Shown here piece by piece: positions 58,744-64,000 of a stretch of DNA of 64,000 nucleotides (positions are counted from its first letter, which is position 1; each line of letters begins with the position of its first letter). The position numbers were made by a program, and so were the translations under genes. The DNA comes from an uncultured Chloroflexia bacterium (GTDB taxonomy: Bacteria; Chloroflexota; Limnocylindria; Limnocylindrales; CSP1-4): positions 416,001 through 480,000 of the forward strand of contig CAVVNQ010000003.1 of assembly GCA_963749705.1 (NCBI GenBank), given 5' to 3'. The notes below the pieces were generated by a model. The model made no database searches, was not told the DNA's origin, and saw nothing but the letters and a program-made list of their open reading frames with translations.

Positions 58744-58914
58744 CAGGGCAGGTGGACGATCCGGGCATGGGATGGATCCGCGAGCAGCTGAGCCACGGCT
58801 CAAGGATAGCCCGGGGATCCGCGGCGAACGCCTGCGTGCCTTGCTTCGTCGCGCATACTGCGGTTCATCGTGGTGGCGCGGCGAGAGCCCGCCTGGCTTC
58901 CGGGAGGTGGACTC

Positions 58915-59325
58915 GTGGCAGAGCAACCGTCGGAGGACAAGATCGGTAGAAAGGAGCGGACCACGGCCGAGGCGCTGGAGGAGTGGCGGGCCGCCGAGCG
59001 GACCGCGGCCGTCGCTCGTCGCGGGCGGCTGGCAGCCGAGGCCGCCGCTGCCGCAGCGGACGAGGCGGCGCACGCCGCGGACGCCACCGCCGAGGCCGCG
59101 CGCACGGCCCTGGCCGCGGCGACGCTTGCTGAGGGCTCCGCCAAGAAGACGGCCGCAGCCGCCAGGCTCGCGGCGATGACGGCGACCGCGGACCTCTCGG
59201 ATGCGGATGCCGAGCTATCGCTGGCCGAGGTGGCCGAGCTCGAGGCGAAGGCTGGGTACCGCTCGGCCTCGGTGAGGGCCGAGCAACGGTCTCGCGAGCC
59301 CGCCGACGGGGACACCGGCGGCTGA
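58915..59325 (+). CDS. Ala-rich coiled-coil hypothetical protein
   Basis: GGAGG RBS, GTG start, EWRAAER..., helical Ala/Glu composition. Confidence 0.65.
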   Translation: MAEQPSEDKIGRKERTTAEALEEWRAAERTAAVARRGRLAAEAAAAAADEAAHAADATAEAARTALAAATLAEGSAKKTAAAARLAAMTATADLSDADAELSLAEVAELEAKAGYRSASVRAEQRSREPADGDTGG

Positions 59326-59403
59326 TCGAGCCGGCAGCGAGCAGGCCCCCCCTGACCTGGACCCAGCCGCCGCTCGCGCCGGTGGCGACCAGGTGGCGGG
59401 CCG

Positions 59404-60204
59404 CTAGCCCGTCTGGTCCGCTCGCTGCCACCAGAGGAGGGTGGCCACGAGCCCGACGGACGCGGTGACCGCGACCACCGCGATCCCGCCGGCGGACACG
59501 GCCTCGGCATCGGGGCCGGCCATGCCCGACACGAGCGCCGGGACGGACCACGGGAACCACGCGCCCCAGCCGAGTGCCGCGAGGACCTGGGCGAGGAAGA
59601 TCGCCAGGACCGCCCACGCGAGTCCGGGGATGTAGCCGCGCCCGACGCCCGCGAAGAAGGCCGTGAAGGTCTGCAGCCCGATCGTCAGGACCGCGGCGGC
59701 CGCCGCCCCCGCCAGGCCGTGCAGCACGACATCGCCCGACCATCCCGGTAGCCCGACCAGCGCGTCGATCCCGAGCCCGATCGCGAGCGCGAGCACCAGC
59801 GTCCAGCCGATGATCGCCATCGACCAGGCGGACCCGACCACGACCTTGGCGACGACGATCGACGAGCGCGAGGTGGGGCAGGCGACGAGGTCGCGCACGG
59901 TCCGGTCCGCGAACTCCCGGCCGAACAGCCAGGCAAAGAGGAACGCAAACAGGACCGCGCCGCCGATCGCGACGGCCTGCGAGATGAGCGCCACGAACGT
60001 CGGCCAGTCGGCGGTTCCGGCGGCGAGCTGCGCCTTTGCGCCCAGCAGGCCGAGCTGGCGCGCGCGGGCGGGGTCCTTGAGGATCAGCATGAACAGGCCG
60101 CCGACGAGCGGGAACATCGAGAAGCCGGCGGCGATCCCCCACGGAACCCTCGATCGACGTGCCTTGAGCAGCTCCACGGACACGGCCGCCGCGAGCCCGT
60201 TCAT
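59404..60204 (-). CDS. ABC-2 permease (BcrB/lantibiotic-immunity-like)
   Basis: VELLKARRS, WLFGREFADRT.R.L...P.SR..IV.AK, WFPW. Confidence 0.88.
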   Translation of the reverse strand: MNGLAAAVSVELLKARRSRVPWGIAAGFSMFPLVGGLFMLILKDPARARQLGLLGAKAQLAAGTADWPTFVALISQAVAIGGAVLFAFLFAWLFGREFADRTVRDLVACPTSRSSIVVAKVVVGSAWSMAIIGWTLVLALAIGLGIDALVGLPGWSGDVVLHGLAGAAAAAVLTIGLQTFTAFFAGVGRGYIPGLAWAVLAIFLAQVLAALGWGAWFPWSVPALVSGMAGPDAEAVSAGGIAVVAVTASVGLVATLLWWQRADQTG

Positions 60205-61175
60205 GCCGCAACCTCCGCCGATCCGGGCGACGCGGCCGGCCCGGCGGGGCCATCCGTCCCGGAGGTGAGGCGGATGAAGTGGTCCTCGAGGGTCTCGCGT
60301 GCGAGCGCCAGGTGTGTCGGCGGCGAACCCGCCTCGACGAGGATCCGCGCGATCTCGTCGGGCGCGGCGATCGCCTTCGGCTCGCGGAGCTCGAGGCGCC
60401 CGTCCCGGGCGTTCCGGCGACCGGGCTGGAAGCCCGCCCGTCGCAGCGCCGCTTCGGCGACCGTCGGGTCCCGGGCGTCGACCTCGAGCCGCACGTCGCG
60501 ATGCCGCTCCAGGGCCGCGCCGTCGAGCTCCTCGATGAGCCGGCCACGGTGGATGATCCCGATCCGCGTGGCCAGGCGATCGACCTCGGCGAGGATGTGG
60601 CTCGAGATCAGCACGGTCATGCCGCGACCCTGCGCGAGATCGCGGAGGAGCTCACGGACCTCGATGACCCCGGCCGGATCGAGCCCATTGGCGGGCTCGT
60701 CGAGGATCAGCAGCTCGGGTGCATGGAGCAGGGCTCGGGCAAGGGCGAGACGCTGGAGGTTGCCCAGCGAGAGCGTCCCGGCCCGGCGGTCGGCGTACTC
60801 GCCCAGGCTGAGCTGATCGATCAGCCGTCCGGTCGACGCCCGATCGTCGACGCCCTGGAGGCGGCGGGCGACCTCGAGGTTCTCGCGGACCGTCAGCTCG
60901 GGGTACGCGGTCGCACTCTCGACCAGGTGACCGACGCGCCGCCACACGGCCGGCGCCTCGGCCTGCACTCGCGTCCCGAACAGCTCGGCGTGGCCGGCCG
61001 TCGGCGCGATCATCCCCAGCAGCATCCGGATCGTCGTCGACTTTCCCGCGCCATTGGGGCCGAGGAACCCGTAGATCTCGCCTCGGGTGACCCGGAGGTC
61101 GACCCGGTCGACGGCGAGGACATCGCCGCGATAGCGCTTCGTGATCCCGAACGTCGCAACCGCGAGCTCAGTCAT
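60201..61175 (-). CDS. ABC transporter ATP-binding protein (BcrA-like)
   Basis: GPNGAGKST, LSLGNLQRL, LDEPANGLDPAG, ISSHIL. Confidence 0.93.
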   Translation of the reverse strand: MTELAVATFGITKRYRGDVLAVDRVDLRVTRGEIYGFLGPNGAGKSTTIRMLLGMIAPTAGHAELFGTRVQAEAPAVWRRVGHLVESATAYPELTVRENLEVARRLQGVDDRASTGRLIDQLSLGEYADRRAGTLSLGNLQRLALARALLHAPELLILDEPANGLDPAGVIEVRELLRDLAQGRGMTVLISSHILAEVDRLATRIGIIHRGRLIEELDGAALERHRDVRLEVDARDPTVAEAALRRAGFQPGRRNARDGRLELREPKAIAAPDEIARILVEAGSPPTHLALARETLEDHFIRLTSGTDGPAGPAASPGSAEVAA

Positions 61176-61205
61176 CGAGATCCATCTCCCTGTGCCGGCG
61201 ACGGC

Positions 61206-61868
61206 CTACATCCGCTCCTTGAGCCCCGCGGCGACCAGCCACCAGTTGACGGGGTAGGCGGTCAGGAACCCGAGAGCCATCCCGACCTGCATCATGAACC
61301 AGAAGGTCGCGCTGACGGGCTCCAGGTGCTCCGGGAAGGCGACCAGCTGGACGAAGATCATCCACCCGAACAGGCCCACCTCGAACGCGATGAGGGACAG
61401 GGCATCGGCCCGGATCGCCGCGACCAACCCGTCACGCAGGCCCAGACCCCGCATCGGCGCGATCGTGAGGTACTGGAACACGATCCCCAGCGAGAACGCC
61501 AGGACGAAGTCGATGACGAGCTCGGGCCACAGGGCAAGCCCGGCGATCGACAGCCCGAGCACGAACACGAGGAAGCTGCCCGCGATGTCGCCGAGCGTGC
61601 AGCCCGCTCCGCAGTGCGTGACGGCGAGGGTGGTCGCATCACGCATCGAGCGCTCGGGGCTGGGTGATCCTGCGAGCCGCCGCCAGCGCCGGAACCAGAG
61701 CACGGCCAGGGGGCCCAGGTACAGCGCGGTCACGGGCCACACGATCTCCATCACCGTCATCGAAAGCCGCTGCCCGCGGACGACGATGTCCCAGGCGATG
61801 AATGCGGCCGAGCCCACCCCGAGCAGGACAGCCAGCGACGCGACCAGCCCCAGCGGGTCGCTCAGCAT
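61206..61868 (-). CDS. DUF4396 family membrane protein
   Basis: MEIVWPVTALY, THCGAGCTLGD, FEVG..GWM, FWFMMQ.GM..GF.TAYPVNWWL...G.KERM. Confidence 0.85.
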   Translation of the reverse strand: MLSDPLGLVASLAVLLGVGSAAFIAWDIVVRGQRLSMTVMEIVWPVTALYLGPLAVLWFRRWRRLAGSPSPERSMRDATTLAVTHCGAGCTLGDIAGSFLVFVLGLSIAGLALWPELVIDFVLAFSLGIVFQYLTIAPMRGLGLRDGLVAAIRADALSLIAFEVGLFGWMIFVQLVAFPEHLEPVSATFWFMMQVGMALGFLTAYPVNWWLVAAGLKERM

Positions 61869-61926
61869 CGGGTTCCGTCCCACCCCGGGGCATGACGGCA
61901 TCGCCTTCGCTCGGCCATGGCTCGCG

Positions 61927-62592
61927 TCAGGCGGGCCGGCGCAGCGGCTCGAGCCCGCCGCCTGGCTCCGTCATCGCTGTGATCGGGCTGTCCGGCAGCG
62001 CCTCGTAGTGCTCCGCGTGCCATTCCGCCAGCTGGTCGGCGTGACGCGTTCGAATCTCGGCGTGCTCGGCGCCAGTCGCCACCTGGACGTTGGCCCACGT
62101 CTCCCACAGCGATAGCGTGACGAACCCGTCCGGCGGGTCCACCGCGAGGTACAGCGCCTGCGGCCCGACCTGGAGCTCGCGGTCCGCGATCGTGCCCTGC
62201 CGGGCGCGCGCCACGTAGTCGTCGAGCGTGCCGCGGTTCGTGCGTCCGATGACGAGCCGGATGATCGTGACCTCCGCGTCGGGCTCCGGATCGAAGGCCA
62301 CCTCGATCGGCAGGGTCAGCAAGCTCCGGTCGGTCGTCGTGTCCAGCAGCTCCGGGTGGAACAGCGGCTTGTCGAGCTGTTCGCCGACCGCCTCGACCAT
62401 CGCCCGGCGGCTCTCCCACAGCGTCGCAACGAGGCGTGACCCGTGTTCGCCGGGTCCCCTGCGACCCGCGAAGACCGCGCGGTTCCCCGGAAGGCGGGCA
62501 GCGTCCGGGATCAGGATCGCGCGGAGCGACCGATCGAACCCGGGGCCGGTGGGCCGGAACCGGACGAGCCGGAGGATGGACGCGTTCAACAC
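61927..62592 (-). CDS. hypothetical protein, probable duplicated ABM-like (dimeric alpha/beta barrel) domains
   Basis: Two repeats ending VATLWES and FVTLSLWETW...EHYE; AGGAG RBS before GTG. Confidence 0.65.
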   Translation of the reverse strand: MLNASILRLVRFRPTGPGFDRSLRAILIPDAARLPGNRAVFAGRRGPGEHGSRLVATLWESRRAMVEAVGEQLDKPLFHPELLDTTTDRSLLTLPIEVAFDPEPDAEVTIIRLVIGRTNRGTLDDYVARARQGTIADRELQVGPQALYLAVDPPDGFVTLSLWETWANVQVATGAEHAEIRTRHADQLAEWHAEHYEALPDSPITAMTEPGGGLEPLRRPA

Positions 62593-62598
62593 ATGCTC

Positions 62599-62622
62599 CT
62601 GAGGGCACTGCTGAGGGCACTG
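62599..62622. repeat. 12-bp tandem repeat in a divergent promoter region
   Basis: CTGAGGGCACTG x2. Confidence 0.6.
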
Positions 62623-62778
62623 CGGAGCGTACGCAGTCCGTGGCTTGCCTGCAACACCATCGCCTGCAATCCGCCTGTGACCGGCACGGCGTCGGGAGCG
62701 TCGCGGACGCGAGGAAGCGACGAGTATCCTCACCGCCACGCTGATGTGGGTCAGCTCGTGAACCCATGGGAGAATCCA

Positions 62779-63120
62779 GTGGACGAGCCCCTCCGAGATC
62801 ATCCGGTGCTTGGCCCCATCGCCCGGGACGAGGCCATCAGGGCCGCCGTCCAGGCCGGTTACGCGGACGTCCTGCTCACGGATCGTCGGCTCGTGATCGC
62901 CTCGGAGGCGCGGGTCATGCTGGACGTGGGGCTGGATGACGTGCGGCGGATCCAGTTCGACATCGAGCGGATCCGTCCCGCGACGCTGGTCGTCGTTCCC
63001 GAGCATGCGGCACACCCGCCACAGGTGATCGCCGTGCCGCCCGACCAGTACGGGCGTGTCGCGGAGCTCCTGGTCGTTCTCGGCCAACGCCTGGCGGCGA
63101 GCCTCGACGGGGAGTCATGA
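62779..63120 (+). CDS. hypothetical protein (possible PH-like fold)
   Basis: GGGAG RBS; VLLTDRRLVIA...VRRIQFDIE..RPATLVVVP. Confidence 0.6.
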   Translation: MDEPLRDHPVLGPIARDEAIRAAVQAGYADVLLTDRRLVIASEARVMLDVGLDDVRRIQFDIERIRPATLVVVPEHAAHPPQVIAVPPDQYGRVAELLVVLGQRLAASLDGES

Positions 63121-63148
63121 TGGTTGCCCGCCGCCTGGAGGTGTCGTC

Positions 63149-63616
63149 CTGGAGACCGAGAAGCAACGCGTCGACCGCGAGCTGATCGAGCAGCTCAACG
63201 AGTTTCGCGTCGCCCTGCCCGGCGTGCAGGTGCTGTTCGCGTTCCTGCTCGTCCTGCCCTTCCAGACGGCGTTCGACAAGGTGACGCCGCTCCAGCTGGA
63301 CGTGTACTACCTCGCATTCATCGCGACGACGACCGCCTCGGTCCTGCTGATCGCGCCGACGACCTACCACCGCATCACCTTCCGGGAGCCGGACAAGGCG
63401 CGGATGCTCCGGACGTCAAACCGCCTGTTCCTGATCGGGATGGCGCTGCTCGGCCTGTCCATCGTGTCGGTGCTGTACCTCGTGACGAGCGTCGTCCTCG
63501 GGGACGGGATGGGCATCCTGGCGGCGGCCGTGGTGGCGGTCCTCGTGGTCTACCTGTGGTTCGGGCTGCCGCTCCTGCGCAAGGCTCGCGATGCGAGCCG
63601 GCGCGCCTCGGGCTGA
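63149..63616 (+). CDS. DUF6328 family membrane protein
   Basis: DREL.E.LNE.RVALPGVQVLFAFLL.LPF...F, LLIAPT.YHR; start codon uncertain. Confidence 0.8.
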   Translation: METEKQRVDRELIEQLNEFRVALPGVQVLFAFLLVLPFQTAFDKVTPLQLDVYYLAFIATTTASVLLIAPTTYHRITFREPDKARMLRTSNRLFLIGMALLGLSIVSVLYLVTSVVLGDGMGILAAAVVAVLVVYLWFGLPLLRKARDASRRASG

Positions 63617-63676
63617 CGGCGCCGGCGGGGACGCGCGGTCTGACGCGATCGGCCGCCTGTTCCGCGCAGATCGCCG

Positions 63677-64000
63677 CTAACCCCCGGCGACCTCGCGGCA
63701 GAGGACCGTCGGCGCCAGCGTGCCGACCGAGCACCGCTGCTCGAGATAGGCGAGCGGGTCATAGTCGGCCGGGTGCGCGGCCGGTACCTGCTCCCAGGCC
63801 GCACGCCAGTCGGCAATGGACCGGCACGCGCGGACGGCATCGTCGAGCGGACTGACCTTCACCGGGGCCCCCGCGCGCGGCTCGGCGTTCCGGAATGCGG
63901 CGACGCACGCGGCGTAGTCAGTCGTCCCGTTCGTCGTCGAGCTGGTGGTGCAGGCGCCGGCGGCGATCGCGAGCACGACGGCAAGGACCGCAGCCGGGAT
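63677..64000 (-). CDS. small Cys-containing lipoprotein, 5' end beyond the window
   Basis: Hydrophobic stretch plus AGAC lipobox, four further Cys. Confidence 0.55.
   Translation of the reverse strand: MPAAVLAVVLAIAAGACTTSSTTNGTTDYAACVAAFRNAEPRAGAPVKVSPLDDAVRACRSIADWRAAWEQVPAAHPADYDPLAYLEQRCSVGTLAPTVLCREVAGG

Overview
High-GC bacterial chromosomal window. Gene content and style suggest Chloroflexota, possibly Limnocylindria; this is inference only. 1-20.4 kb is mostly core-like: LCP enzyme, tRNA-Pro(UGG), crcB plus a DUF190-CBS gene interrupted by an in-frame TAG, VKOR, two LLM oxidoreductases, PCu(A)C and SCO copper proteins, a KdpDE-like two-component pair, Lrp, a trans-sulfuration enzyme, ResB, glutamine synthetase III, an XRE-nuclease-like gene and tRNA-Pro(CGG). 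Downstream of tRNA-Pro(CGG), five same-orientation copies of the tRNA 3' end (22363, 23280, 24876, 27476, 32905) divide about 12.5 kb into five small gene cassettes. These carry an AAA-DUF4143 ATPase, VapBC, a metzincin-like membrane protein, MazEF plus an adenylate cyclase, and ImmA plus LuxR cargo. The last copy is followed by an intrinsic terminator, and no integrase is visible in the window. A roughly 150-200 bp non-coding element with terminal inverted repeats occurs twice (7002-7157 alone; 19268-19470 at the head of the XRE-nuclease-like gene). 33-53 kb is accessory and partly decayed (LuxR and TetR regulators, hydrolases, a collagen-like protein, an ANT-like nucleotidyltransferase, an ABC-2 transporter, two MDR paralogs). 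It is followed by hppD-fah-hmgA, a P450, a CDF transporter, an ABC pair and small membrane proteins. Many genes appear leaderless (TAnnnT-N6-start). All family calls are from motif recognition by eye, with no database search.
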